The notes: generated by a model not told the origin, from the letters alone. DNA of 62,671 nt from Phycisphaerae bacterium (GCA_016928855.1 JAFGKA010000039.1:1-62671), one strand, 5' to 3'; positions 46,875 to 56,611 are shown, counted from the stretch's first letter. Program-made: numbers and translations.

Positions 46875-48335
46875 ATGACGGCAAGACGCTTCTGTGTAAT
46901 CATGATGCTCGCCCTGTTCGGTGACTTCGCCCGTGCCCAGAGCACGCGACCGGCCGCACAGGGAAACGCCGACGGCAACGCGACCGCGGAGCCTGTCGCC
47001 ACGTCCCAACCGGCGCCCCCGCCGTTTTTCCGGCTCGACTACAGCGGCGATTTGCTGCATAGGCCGGCATTGACCGGAGACTGGGGCGGCGTGCGGAGCC
47101 AACTGGCGGAAAAAGGCATCTCGTTCAACGTCGAGACACTAAACTACACCCAGGGAAATGCCCACGGCGGCAGGTCCACCAACAACGCCTTCCGCTATGG
47201 CGGTTCGGCGGACTACATCCTGCAACTGGATACGGGGCGAATGGGCCTGTGGCCGGGGGGATACTTCAAGATCCGCGGCGAGACCCGATGGGGGGAGGGT
47301 ATCACCGAGCAGGTCGGAGCCATCGCGCCACCGCACTTCGACGCCATCCTTCCAGCCCTCGAACCCAATGGAGTGACAACGCTCACCGAGTACTACATGA
47401 TGCAGGTCCTCAGCGAGAAGCTGGGCGTAATCGCCGGACAGGTGGACCCGTCGCGACTACCCGGCGGAAATGTGTTTACCACCGACCCGTATGGCCAGTT
47501 CATGAACACGGCAATCTGGCAGAACGTCGCCTCGTTCTCAGTCGTTCCCTATTCGGCCATGACCGCCGGCCTGATCTACATGCCGACCAAGTGGCTCTCG
47601 GGCGCGACGATGGTGATGGACTCCTACGGTCTGCCGTCCTTCAGCGGCTTCGAGAGTGCGTTTCATTCCCCACAAGCCACGACCATCCTCCAGGGCCTGA
47701 CCCTTAACATCAAGCCCTTTAACCTCGACGGGCATCAACGATTCAATTTCGCCTACTCGACGCGGGAACACACCCAACTGGACGACTTGGGACGGCTGGC
47801 CGTGGCCGGTGTCCCCGTGCGGCCGTTCTCCCGGCTGGGTTTCCCGGAATCCCCGGCGGTCCTCGGGCGCCGGTGGCGGCTGCCGAGCGCACTGCTGCGG
47901 GCGGCAGCCAGACGCGCGCTCGCGCCCGACCCGACGAACAGCCAGAACTGGGCCTTCTGGTACGATTTCGACCAGTATCTCTACCAGTCGCCTGAAGACC
48001 CGACGCAAGGCTTCGGCCTGTTCGGTGGCTTTGGCCTCACGCCGGGCAACTGGTTTCCCGTCTCGCAGTCCTACACCTTGGGCCTGGGGGGCAAGGGGCT
48101 CATTCACGGTCGCCCGGGGGACCGCTACGGCGTGGGCTACTACTGTCTGAACCTTTCGAGCGACATCCCCGCGCTGTTCGACCTGAACGCCGAGCAGGGA
48201 GTCGAGGTGTTCTACAACTTCGAGGTCACCCCCTGGTGCCACATTACGCCTGACCTGCAGATCATTGCGCATCCTGGCGGTGGTGACCAGGATGTCGCTG
48301 TCGTCTACGGATTGAGGATGCAGGTTTCGTTCTAG
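46875..48335 (+). CDS. Carbohydrate-selective porin, OprB family
   Basis: 486 aa. Signal peptide, LTGDWGGVRSQLAEKGISFNVETLNYTQGNAHGG, C-terminal YGLRMQVSF. Confidence 0.85.
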   Translation: MTARRFCVIMMLALFGDFARAQSTRPAAQGNADGNATAEPVATSQPAPPPFFRLDYSGDLLHRPALTGDWGGVRSQLAEKGISFNVETLNYTQGNAHGGRSTNNAFRYGGSADYILQLDTGRMGLWPGGYFKIRGETRWGEGITEQVGAIAPPHFDAILPALEPNGVTTLTEYYMMQVLSEKLGVIAGQVDPSRLPGGNVFTTDPYGQFMNTAIWQNVASFSVVPYSAMTAGLIYMPTKWLSGATMVMDSYGLPSFSGFESAFHSPQATTILQGLTLNIKPFNLDGHQRFNFAYSTREHTQLDDLGRLAVAGVPVRPFSRLGFPESPAVLGRRWRLPSALLRAAARRALAPDPTNSQNWAFWYDFDQYLYQSPEDPTQGFGLFGGFGLTPGNWFPVSQSYTLGLGGKGLIHGRPGDRYGVGYYCLNLSSDIPALFDLNAEQGVEVFYNFEVTPWCHITPDLQIIAHPGGGDQDVAVVYGLRMQVSF

Positions 48336-48570
48336 ACCAGAACTGAAAGCTGGTTGACCTTACCCTGCGGGAGACAAGGGAGCCGATGGGCTGCAAAAAC
48401 GGAGTCTGGACTCATGGAAACGAAGACATGCGCCAGGCCGGCCTTCGGGTGTGCCGCGCCTCTCTCAAAGGAGAGCACGTCGCCAAATCACGCTCACGTG
48501 GCATTTTCATCGGCATTGTCCGTCGTGCCGCTATTTCGTCACGTTCTAGACCAAACAACGTAGAAGGAAC

Positions 48571-50961
48571 ATGAACGACATGAAAGCACACATTCTCCTC
48601 GCCACGATCAGCGTCCCCCTGGTCTGGTTAGCGCTACCGACAGAGGCGCAAGAAGTCCTGCCTTTTCCACCGAAACAATCCGGCAGCACTGCTGGCCGCA
48701 CAATACAGGAGTCGACCTACAGCCCGAAGCCGGCACAGAGCCACGCGCCCGGGGGCGCGCCGAACATCATCATCTTCCTCGTGGACGATGCGGGACCGGG
48801 ATTGCCGAGCACCCTTGGCGGCGAAGTGAAGACGCCCACGATGGACCGCCTCAGGCAACAGGGCATCGCCTACAACCGGTTTCACACCACCGCCATGTGC
48901 TCGCCGACGCGCGCCTCCCTGCTGACCGGGCGGAACCACACCCGCATCGGGGCCGGCCAGATTGCCGAATTCGCCAACGATTGGGACGGCTACACCGGCA
49001 TCCAGCCCAAGAGCAGCGCTATGGTCCCGGAGATTCTGAAGAACTACGGCTACCACACCGCGGCTTGGGGCAAGTGGCATAACACGCCCGCCGACCAGAC
49101 CTCTGCGGCCGGTCCATTCGACTACTGGCCCACCGGCTACGGCTTCGAATACTTCTACGGCTTCCTCGGCGGCGAGTCGTCGCAGTACGAACCCAACCTG
49201 GTGCGGAACACGGCCCTCGTGGAGCCGAACAAGCCCAAGGACGGGAAGAAGTATCACCTGAGCCAGGACCTCGCCGACGACGCCATTACCTGGATGCGGC
49301 AACACAAGGCGGTCAGGCCGGATCAGCCTTTTTTCATGTACTGGGCGTCCGGCGCAACCCACGGCCCGCACCACATTATGAAGGAGTGGGCCGACAAGTA
49401 TAAGGGCAAGTTCGATGACGGCTGGGACAAGTATCGCGAGCGCGTGTTCGCCAACGCCAAAGCCAAGGGCTGGATCCCACAGAACTGCCAGCTCACGCCA
49501 CGGCCTGCCACCATGGCATCCTGGGACAGCATCCCGGAGGACGAGAAACCCTTTCAGCGCCGCCTGATGGAACTCTTCGCCGGCTTCGGAGAGCACGTGG
49601 ACCACGAGATTGGTCGCGTAGTGGACGAGGTGGACCGTCTCGGTTACCGCGACAACACGCTGATCATCTACATCTGGGGCGACAATGGCTCTTCGGCGGA
49701 GGGGCAGAACGGATCAATCAGCGAACTGCTGTCAGTGAACAGCATCCCGACCTCCATCGCGCAACACATCAAGGTCCTAAACGAACTTGGCGGTCTCGAC
49801 ATGCTGGGTTCGGAGAAGACCGACAACATATACCATGCGGGATGGGCGTGGGCCGGCAGCACGCCGTACAAGGGCACGAAGTTGATGGGTTCACACTTCG
49901 GCGGGACACGCAACCCGATGATTGTCTCGTGGCCCGCGAAGATTAAACACGACCCGACACCGCGCGCGCAGTTCCTGCACTGCATTGATGTTGTGCCGAC
50001 AATCTACGAGGTGGTCGGCATCAAGCCCCCCAACGTCGTGAACGGCATTCCGCAGGACCCGTTCGACGGTGTCAGCTTCGCCAGCACCTTCAACGATGCC
50101 ACGGCACCGGAGGTCCGGCACACGCAGTACTTCGACATCATGGCCAGCCGCGGGATTTACCAGGACGGCTGGTTTGCCTGCACGCCGGGGCCGCGCACTC
50201 CCTGGCTCCCGGGGGTGCCGAAGGGATTCTTCGACGAGAAGCGGCAGCTTCTCTGGACGCCGGACCAGGACAAATGGGAGCTCTACAACCTCAACGAGGA
50301 TTGGTCGCAGGCCAATGACCTCGCGGAACAAATGCCCGAGAAGCTCGCCCAGATGAAGGAAGTCTTCACCATGGAGTTCGCCAGGAACAAGGGCTTCCCG
50401 GTGGGCGGAGGCCTCTACACGGTTCTGATTCGTCCGGACCTTGGGCCGCAATCGCCGTACACCTCGTGGGAGTTCTCCGGGGACATCCAGCGCCTGCCGG
50501 AGCTCGTGGCCCCCAAACTTGGCAATCGGGAAAACGTGGTCACGATTGATGCGGACATCCCGACGGACGCCAACGGAGTGCTCTACGTGCAGGGCGGATT
50601 CTCCGGCGGCCTATCGTGCTACATCAAGGACGGCGCGCTCAACTACGAATACAACCTGTTCGAGGTCCAGCGCACGCAGATCAAGGCAAAGGACAAACTG
50701 CCCGTTGGCAAGGTGAAGATCGAGGTGGAGACCAAGTATGTGGTGAAAAAGCCGGCCGGTCCGCTCAATGTGACCCTGAAGGTGAACGGCAGGGAAGTGG
50801 CCAAGGGCCATGTGCCGGTCAGTGCGCCCGCTTTTTTCGGCACCGATTGCTTCGACATCGGCACGGACCTCGGTTCGCCGGTGACGCTCGACTACTTCGA
50901 GAAAGCGCCGTTCACATTCAACGGCACGATCGCCAGCGTCCACGTGGAATACACCGAATGA
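48571..50961 (+). CDS. Large Cys-type arylsulfatase (about 800-aa class with C-terminal beta-sandwich extension)
   Basis: APNIIIFLVDDAGPGLPSTLGG ... TTAMCSPTRASLLTGRNH. Signal peptide present. GAAGGA RBS. Confidence 0.9.
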   Translation: MNDMKAHILLATISVPLVWLALPTEAQEVLPFPPKQSGSTAGRTIQESTYSPKPAQSHAPGGAPNIIIFLVDDAGPGLPSTLGGEVKTPTMDRLRQQGIAYNRFHTTAMCSPTRASLLTGRNHTRIGAGQIAEFANDWDGYTGIQPKSSAMVPEILKNYGYHTAAWGKWHNTPADQTSAAGPFDYWPTGYGFEYFYGFLGGESSQYEPNLVRNTALVEPNKPKDGKKYHLSQDLADDAITWMRQHKAVRPDQPFFMYWASGATHGPHHIMKEWADKYKGKFDDGWDKYRERVFANAKAKGWIPQNCQLTPRPATMASWDSIPEDEKPFQRRLMELFAGFGEHVDHEIGRVVDEVDRLGYRDNTLIIYIWGDNGSSAEGQNGSISELLSVNSIPTSIAQHIKVLNELGGLDMLGSEKTDNIYHAGWAWAGSTPYKGTKLMGSHFGGTRNPMIVSWPAKIKHDPTPRAQFLHCIDVVPTIYEVVGIKPPNVVNGIPQDPFDGVSFASTFNDATAPEVRHTQYFDIMASRGIYQDGWFACTPGPRTPWLPGVPKGFFDEKRQLLWTPDQDKWELYNLNEDWSQANDLAEQMPEKLAQMKEVFTMEFARNKGFPVGGGLYTVLIRPDLGPQSPYTSWEFSGDIQRLPELVAPKLGNRENVVTIDADIPTDANGVLYVQGGFSGGLSCYIKDGALNYEYNLFEVQRTQIKAKDKLPVGKVKIEVETKYVVKKPAGPLNVTLKVNGREVAKGHVPVSAPAFFGTDCFDIGTDLGSPVTLDYFEKAPFTFNGTIASVHVEYTE

Positions 50962-51054
50962 TGCATCCGTTAGGGTCGCGAATTGCGCGGGCCGTCTCGG
51001 CACGTCCGGCGCGGCCGGTGAGTTCCGGGCTCCCTCGTGAGGGATACAACTTAT

Positions 51055-52032
51055 ATGGAGATGAAGCAGGTCAGCGACAACTGCTTCGCGGTCCTGAACG
51101 ACATGGACTGCATACATGACGCCAACTCCGGCCTCATCAACCGGGGCGGGGGCGTTGTGATCGACACGCAGTCGGACCTGGGCCATGCGCGGCAGATGAT
51201 CGAGATGTTCAGCAAGGTGTGGCCTGCAATGCCGAAACGGGTCATCAACACGCACGAAGACGCGGACCACGTCTGGGGCAATCAACTCTTCGAGGGCGCG
51301 GAGATCATCGCCCACCGGTCGGTGCCGGAGCGGATGAAGCACGTCGCCAATCCTAAGGAGCGTCAGAAACTGCTGCCCGGCGTCGGTGATTTGCACACGC
51401 GCCTGGCAGTCAAGGCACTCCATCCCGGCATCGCCGCAGCCGGCCAGCAGCTGCGGGAGGACTATAACTTCGACGGGATCGAACTGGTCCTGCCGACGAC
51501 CTTGTTTGACGCCCGCTACGAGCTGGACTTTGACGGCACAGAGGTCCACCTGATCTACGTCGGCCCGTGCCATCAGGTCGGGGACACGATCGTCCATGTA
51601 CCCAAGGAGCGCGTGGTGTTCGCCGGTGACGTGATCTTCCGACAGTGCACACCGATGGGCTGGACGGGATCGTACGAAAAGTGGTTCCAGTGCCTCGACC
51701 TGATGATCCAACTCGACCCGGAAGTCATCGTCCCCGGCCACGGCCCGCTGTGCGGGATCGAAGGAGCAATGGACATGAAGGCGTATCTCCAGTATGTCCG
51801 CGAAGAGGCGAAGAAGTGCTTCGACGAGGGACTCACGGCGCTGGATGCCGCCAGGCAAATCGAGTTTGGCCCCTACGGCGAGTGGCGTGCGCCGGCGCGG
51901 TTGTACATGAACGTCGAGCGGGCGTATCGCGAGTTTCGCAACGAGCCCGCTTGTGCGCCTTGGAACATGGTGGAGATCTTCGATGCCATCTACGAGGTGG
52001 CCAAAGCTAAAGGAGTTGAGGTCGAATTCTAA
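51055..52032 (+). CDS. Metallo-beta-lactamase-fold hydrolase with a variant metal motif
   Basis: VINTHEDADHVWGN (H-x-D-x-D-H instead of H-x-H-x-D-H), later VIVPGHGPL. The start is ambiguous (GTG 51037, ATG 51055 or ATG 51061). Confidence 0.75.
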   Translation: MEMKQVSDNCFAVLNDMDCIHDANSGLINRGGGVVIDTQSDLGHARQMIEMFSKVWPAMPKRVINTHEDADHVWGNQLFEGAEIIAHRSVPERMKHVANPKERQKLLPGVGDLHTRLAVKALHPGIAAAGQQLREDYNFDGIELVLPTTLFDARYELDFDGTEVHLIYVGPCHQVGDTIVHVPKERVVFAGDVIFRQCTPMGWTGSYEKWFQCLDLMIQLDPEVIVPGHGPLCGIEGAMDMKAYLQYVREEAKKCFDEGLTALDAARQIEFGPYGEWRAPARLYMNVERAYREFRNEPACAPWNMVEIFDAIYEVAKAKGVEVEF

Positions 52033-52168
52033 TCCGGTCCAGAAACAGGCAGGAACGTCGTCATGGGACCGATCCGCTTTACCATTGCGCCCAGGAGCCC
52101 TGCGAGACAGTAGAAACCCAGGTGGCCGCGCGGCTGACGCGCCGCCCCATTCCGAAGGAGAGTAAATC

Positions 52169-53281
52169 ATGAAGGGACCACCACTGTGCATTATTGCGAT
52201 CATGCTGGCCGCCGTCGTGCTGGGTGCGCCGCAGGCCGCCCTGGCCCAGGCGCCCGCGGCGGGTGACGTGGCGGCCCAGGCACCGATCAAACTCGGCGCG
52301 GCTGAGCTGCAGAAGCTCGTGGCGCCGATCGCGCTCTACCCGGACGCGCTCCTGGCTCACGTTCTGCCGGCGTCTACCGCGGGTCTGGACGTGGTTCAGG
52401 CCGCGCGGTTCCTGCGCCAGAACAACGGCAAGGCCGAACCGAAGCCCGATGAGAAGTGGAACACGAGCGTGTTCGTGCTGCTGCAGTTTCCCGACGTGCT
52501 GTACCGCATGGATGAGGACTTGGCCCGGACCGACGAGCTGGGCAAGGCCGTCCTCGCGCAACAGGCCGATGTGATGAAGGCCATCCAGCAGGTCCGCGCG
52601 GCGGCGATGGCCAATGGGACGCTACAAACCAACGACAAGCAGAAGGTCCTCATTATGCAGGAGGCAATCCAGGTCGTTCCCGCCGATCCGCAGGTGGTGT
52701 ACGTGCCCACCTATAACCCGACCGTAGTCGTAGTCAAGGACGACGATAACAGCAACGCTACCGCCGCGGCCGCGATTGGATTCGGCGCGGGGGTGCTGGT
52801 CGGCGCGCTGTTGGCAGACGACGATTGCGACTGGCACGGGGGTTACGTGATTCACGGCCCGCACCCGGTTCCCTACGGCACGTATGCTCGTCCCGCCGCC
52901 CCGTACAACCCGCGCGGTGTGTACGATCCGCGAGGCCGCTATGACCCGCGCGGCGTGGCTGATCCTCGCGGTGTTGCCGATCCGCGCGGAGCACGTGATC
53001 CTCGCGGCGTGGCCGATCCCCGAGGCGCTGCCGACCCGCGCGGAGCGCGTGACCCCCGAGGCGCTGCCGATCCGCGAGGCGTGACCGATCCCCGCGGCGC
53101 TGCTGACCCGCGCGGAGCACGCGATCCTCGTGGCGTGGCGGATCCCCGAGGGGCAGCAGATCCCCGTGGCGTGGCTGGCCGCGGCTCGTTCGGGAACATG
53201 TCGAGCGGTACCCGCGCAAACTATACGAGCAGCCGTGGCCATAGCAGCCTGGGTGGCGGCAGGCGCGGCGGGCGGCGCTAA
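52169..53281 (+). CDS. DUF3300 family secreted protein with a C-terminal DPRGxx hexapeptide array
   Basis: LVAPIALYPDALLAHVLPASTAGLDVVQAARFL is the DUF3300 signature. AAGGAGAG RBS. Signal peptide present. Confidence 0.85.
   Translation: MKGPPLCIIAIMLAAVVLGAPQAALAQAPAAGDVAAQAPIKLGAAELQKLVAPIALYPDALLAHVLPASTAGLDVVQAARFLRQNNGKAEPKPDEKWNTSVFVLLQFPDVLYRMDEDLARTDELGKAVLAQQADVMKAIQQVRAAAMANGTLQTNDKQKVLIMQEAIQVVPADPQVVYVPTYNPTVVVVKDDDNSNATAAAAIGFGAGVLVGALLADDDCDWHGGYVIHGPHPVPYGTYARPAAPYNPRGVYDPRGRYDPRGVADPRGVADPRGARDPRGVADPRGAADPRGARDPRGAADPRGVTDPRGAADPRGARDPRGVADPRGAADPRGVAGRGSFGNMSSGTRANYTSSRGHSSLGGGRRGGRR
52907..53176 (+). repeat. 15 tandem 18-nt units encoding (N/D)PRGxx inside the DUF3300 gene
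   Basis: NPRGVY DPRGRY DPRGVA DPRGVA DPRGAR DPRGVA DPRGAA DPRGAR DPRGAA DPRGVT DPRGAA DPRGAR DPRGVA DPRGAA DPRGVA. The units differ at synonymous sites. Confidence 0.95.
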
Positions 53282-53377
53282 CGTATGCGGCTCTGGGGTG
53301 AGCTGAGCACTTTTCGGCAGACACCCCCGTGGAGAAGTTTCGATCCCGGGTCCACTACGCGTTAGGAGAAGCAGCAC

Positions 53378-54307
53378 GTGACCAACACAAGACGCATCGG
53401 AATGTTGCTGGCAGCAACACTCAGTACAGCCATAGCCGGTGGGCAGGTTCCGGACTCTCAGCCCACCCAACAGGTTTTCCCGACCACGCAGGCGGCCGTC
53501 GACACGCTTCTGAAGGCGTGCAAGGACAACGACTCGGCCGCGTTGGTGCAGATGCTGGGTGAGCGGTACGGCGAACAGCTCAAGCGGGTCGACGATGGCG
53601 ACGAGCGCCGATATCGGCAGGCCTTCTATGACAAGGCTCAGGCGCACCTAAGCGTAGAGAAACGTGGGGACGCCAAGGCCATCCTCATCGTCGGTCGGGA
53701 ACTCTGGCCGGTGCCGATCCCGCTCGTGAAGGAAGCCGGGGGCTGGCGGTTCGATACCGACGCCGGCCTTGAGGAACTGCTGGCGCGGCGCATCGGCGAG
53801 AACGAACTCGCGGTGATTGACGTGTGCCAGGAGTATGTTCGGATGCAGGCGGACTATGCGGCTGTGGATCGCGACGGTGACGAGGTGCGCGAGTATGCAC
53901 AGCAAATCGTCAGCACCGCCGACAAACGCGACGGCCTGTACTGGGAGCGCGACGTAGCAGCGAAGGAGCGGCCCAGCCCGTTGGAGGCGTTGCTGCCCGA
54001 CAGCTTTGGCGACGTGAAGGACTCCAGGCCCGGTTCTCCGCACATGGGCTATTACTTCAAGATTCTCACTCGCCAGGGCGCCAACCCACCCGGTGGCAAG
54101 TACGACTATGTCATCAACGGGAACATGATCGCCGGGTTCGCTCTGGTGGCTTGGCCAGCGGACTATCGAGCCTCGGGCGTCATGACTTTCGTCATCAGTC
54201 ACCAGGGCAAACTGCTCGAGAAGGACCTCGGTCCGGACACCGCCAAGCTGGTTGAAGCGATGACCGAGTACAACCCAGATAAGAGCTGGACAGCAGTCAG
54301 ACCATGA
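53378..54307 (+). CDS. DUF2950 family secreted protein
   Basis: GYYFKILTRQGANPPGGKYDYVINGNMIAGFALVAWPADYRASGVMTFVISHQGKLLEKDLG. GTG start after AGGAGAA. Confidence 0.85.
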   Translation: MTNTRRIGMLLAATLSTAIAGGQVPDSQPTQQVFPTTQAAVDTLLKACKDNDSAALVQMLGERYGEQLKRVDDGDERRYRQAFYDKAQAHLSVEKRGDAKAILIVGRELWPVPIPLVKEAGGWRFDTDAGLEELLARRIGENELAVIDVCQEYVRMQADYAAVDRDGDEVREYAQQIVSTADKRDGLYWERDVAAKERPSPLEALLPDSFGDVKDSRPGSPHMGYYFKILTRQGANPPGGKYDYVINGNMIAGFALVAWPADYRASGVMTFVISHQGKLLEKDLGPDTAKLVEAMTEYNPDKSWTAVRP

Positions 54308-54470
54308 CTTGCTGCATTCGTGTGACGAAAACGAGAGACGCGGCTCTTTTCAGGTCTTTGCCACGTAGGATACGGGTACGGCGGGGCAAACAGATGTTGG
54401 CCATGACCGTCCAGACCAGGCACAGCGGTAATGGCGGTCACTCAGTGGTGCACGACAGGGCAGTGATTTC

Positions 54471-55442
54471 ATGAGGTGCATTGCAGTGCAGCGATCACTC
54501 AGAACGGCTACTGCTGCGAAACCAGTTGCAGCTTTCTTGATCTCCGGCCTGCTTACGTCCGCGCTGCTCGGTTCGTGTTGTCCGATAGGTGCACCTTCGA
54601 CGCCAGGTGTGTATCAGGTCTCTGTAGAGAGCGGCCGGAGACCGACAGCATCCGGGGAGTGGGTTGCCTATGACCTGTTCATTCCGCAGCCGGACCCTGC
54701 ATTGCCGCCGCCGCCCTGGCCGGCGGTCGTGCTGAGTCACGGATTTGCCCGCGACCGCACGCGCCATCGGGACAACGCGATGTACCTGGCCCAGCGGGGC
54801 ATCGTCGTACTGACGCCGAACATGGCCAGTCTGCTCGGCGGCGAGTCGGCCCAACTGAACAACATCGCGGACGTGGTGGGCGACGTGGCGTGGCTGGCCG
54901 AGCGAGGCGAAACGCCCGACGATGCACTGGACGGGCTGGTGGATCCGGCGCGGATCGGCCTGGCGGGGCACAGCGCGGGCGGCGCCGTATCGTTCGAGGC
55001 CGCCATTGACGCCCAGCATACGGCCACGCCGGTCGCGGCTGTTGGCCTGCTGGATGCGGTGCCCTGGGACCGGACGATCGCGCGGGCGGCGGACTTCCCG
55101 GCGATACCGTTTGCGAGCTGGCGCTCCGAGCCCGCTCCCTGCAACGCCGGGGGCAACATTCGACTCCTGCTCGGCGAAATGCCGTTCCCGACGGAGGACG
55201 TGCGGATCGTCGGGGCCACGCACTGCGACCCCGAGAACCCCTCCGATGCGTTGTGTGCACTGGCTTGCGGCCGGAGCACAGCCGAACGGCAGGCCCTTTA
55301 CCAGCAGTTCCTGTATCTTTTCGTCCGTGACGCGCTCCAGGCCCCGCCCGTTCCAAACGAGACCGTGACGTACCCAGAAGCGCTCTATGAGGCCGCCGTC
55401 GCCGGCTCGATCGCGCGCGCAACTGCTGGCCTGGCAAAATGA
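54471..55442 (+). CDS. Alpha/beta hydrolase (dienelactone-hydrolase/chlorophyllase-like), probable lipoprotein
   Basis: AVVLSHGFARDRTRH, nucleophile elbow GLAGHSAGGAVSF. Lipobox-like LLGSC in the N-terminal hydrophobic stretch. Confidence 0.7.
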   Translation: MRCIAVQRSLRTATAAKPVAAFLISGLLTSALLGSCCPIGAPSTPGVYQVSVESGRRPTASGEWVAYDLFIPQPDPALPPPPWPAVVLSHGFARDRTRHRDNAMYLAQRGIVVLTPNMASLLGGESAQLNNIADVVGDVAWLAERGETPDDALDGLVDPARIGLAGHSAGGAVSFEAAIDAQHTATPVAAVGLLDAVPWDRTIARAADFPAIPFASWRSEPAPCNAGGNIRLLLGEMPFPTEDVRIVGATHCDPENPSDALCALACGRSTAERQALYQQFLYLFVRDALQAPPVPNETVTYPEALYEAAVAGSIARATAGLAK

Positions 55443-55481
55443 GGAGACGCCAATCGCGCACGCTAGCTTTGGAGATGTGAT

Positions 55482-56597
55482 ATGGATTCGATCGACCTGA
55501 CAAGCAGCCGCTTGCCGGCACTGGTGCTCGATTCCGCGAACGCCGGTGTGTATGTGACCGATACCGAGCGACGGATCATCTATTGGAACAAGGCGGCCCA
55601 GCGGATCACCGGCTGGCAAGCAGACGAGATACTGGGCAAGCAATGTCTCGACCAGGTCCTCTGCCACGTCGACAAGGACGGCCGAGAGCTGTGCGGCGAG
55701 GAGTTCTGCCCGCTGCATCGCGCGATCACGACCGGCACATCAAGCGACGTACCGATCATCGTGTTCGCGCGAACGGCCAACGGCGGGCGGGTCCCCATGC
55801 GGGTCAGTGTGGCACCGCTGCGCGCCGAGGACGGCCGCATCGTGGGCGGCGTAGAAACCTTCCACGACATATCCACCGAGTTGGGTGACTTCCAACGCGC
55901 CCAGCGGATCCAGTCGCAATGTCTGCTCAACGAGGCCGTCGATGATCCACGGCTGGAGGCTCACGTCCATTACGCTCCTCACGATGTGGTCGGCGGTGAT
56001 TTTTGCGCTATCAGCCGCCCTGCGCCAGACCGGTATGCGTTCATCGTGGCGGACGTGATGGGACACGGCATCTCGGCCGCCTTGTACACGATGTACCTGC
56101 GGTCGCTGTGGGATGACCATCGCAGCCAGGAGACGCCGGCTGCCCTTCTCTCGGCGATGAACCGTCGGCTCAGCAGCGTGATGAGCGGCCACGGCGCGTT
56201 CGCAACGGCTGTCTGCGGCATGCTGGACGTAGGCAGTGGCTGCCTGCGGCTTTCCAGCGCTGGTGGGCCGGGGCCGATGCTGTTCCACGCGGACGGCAGT
56301 CAACTGACGGTGAGCTCTTCTGGATTCCCAATGGGGTTGATTGAGGATGGCGAGTACGATCAGATCGAGCGACGCCTTGACCGCGGTACCCGCCTACTGT
56401 TGTGCAGCGACGGGGCGGTCGAAATCTGCGGGGCCGACGGCCGGCAACTGGGAATCGACGGATTGATGCGTCTCTTATGCGAGATGGGCTATCCCGCGGA
56501 GAACCTCGACTACGGTGTCTTGGAGCAGCGGTTGCTGACGTACTCCAACAGGATTCGCTTCGATGACGACTTGACGTTTCTCGAGATTCACCGCTGA
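55482..56597 (+). CDS. PAS sensor domain + PP2C/SpoIIE-type serine phosphatase
   Basis: PAS: YWNKAAQRITGWQADEILGKQC. PP2C: VGGDFCAISR ... FIVADVMGHGISAALYTMYL ... LLLCSDG. Confidence 0.85.
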   Translation: MDSIDLTSSRLPALVLDSANAGVYVTDTERRIIYWNKAAQRITGWQADEILGKQCLDQVLCHVDKDGRELCGEEFCPLHRAITTGTSSDVPIIVFARTANGGRVPMRVSVAPLRAEDGRIVGGVETFHDISTELGDFQRAQRIQSQCLLNEAVDDPRLEAHVHYAPHDVVGGDFCAISRPAPDRYAFIVADVMGHGISAALYTMYLRSLWDDHRSQETPAALLSAMNRRLSSVMSGHGAFATAVCGMLDVGSGCLRLSSAGGPGPMLFHADGSQLTVSSSGFPMGLIEDGEYDQIERRLDRGTRLLLCSDGAVEICGADGRQLGIDGLMRLLCEMGYPAENLDYGVLEQRLLTYSNRIRFDDDLTFLEIHR

Positions 56598-56611
56598 TCT
56601 GGGAGCCATCA

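Noticed and set aside
48328-48553. The exact 12-nt repeat CGTTCTAGACCA at 48328-48339 (spanning the porin stop codon) and 48542-48553 (18 nt before the sulfatase start)
   Set aside because: A chance match is unlikely, but the repeat is too short to interpret. I found no inverted repeats or other MITE/IS hallmarks between the copies. It could be a regulator half-site or a small duplication. I left it as a note.
52907-53176. A CRISPR array (also considered for the 10-nt repeats at 58320-58369)
   Set aside because: The units are contiguous with no spacers, are 18 nt and 10 nt long, and the first set lies inside a coding frame. No cas genes are present in the window.
52939-53199. Minus-strand ORF encoding PRGSAAPRGSATPRGS repeats
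   Set aside because: It is the antisense reading of the DPRGxx array inside the well-supported DUF3300 gene.
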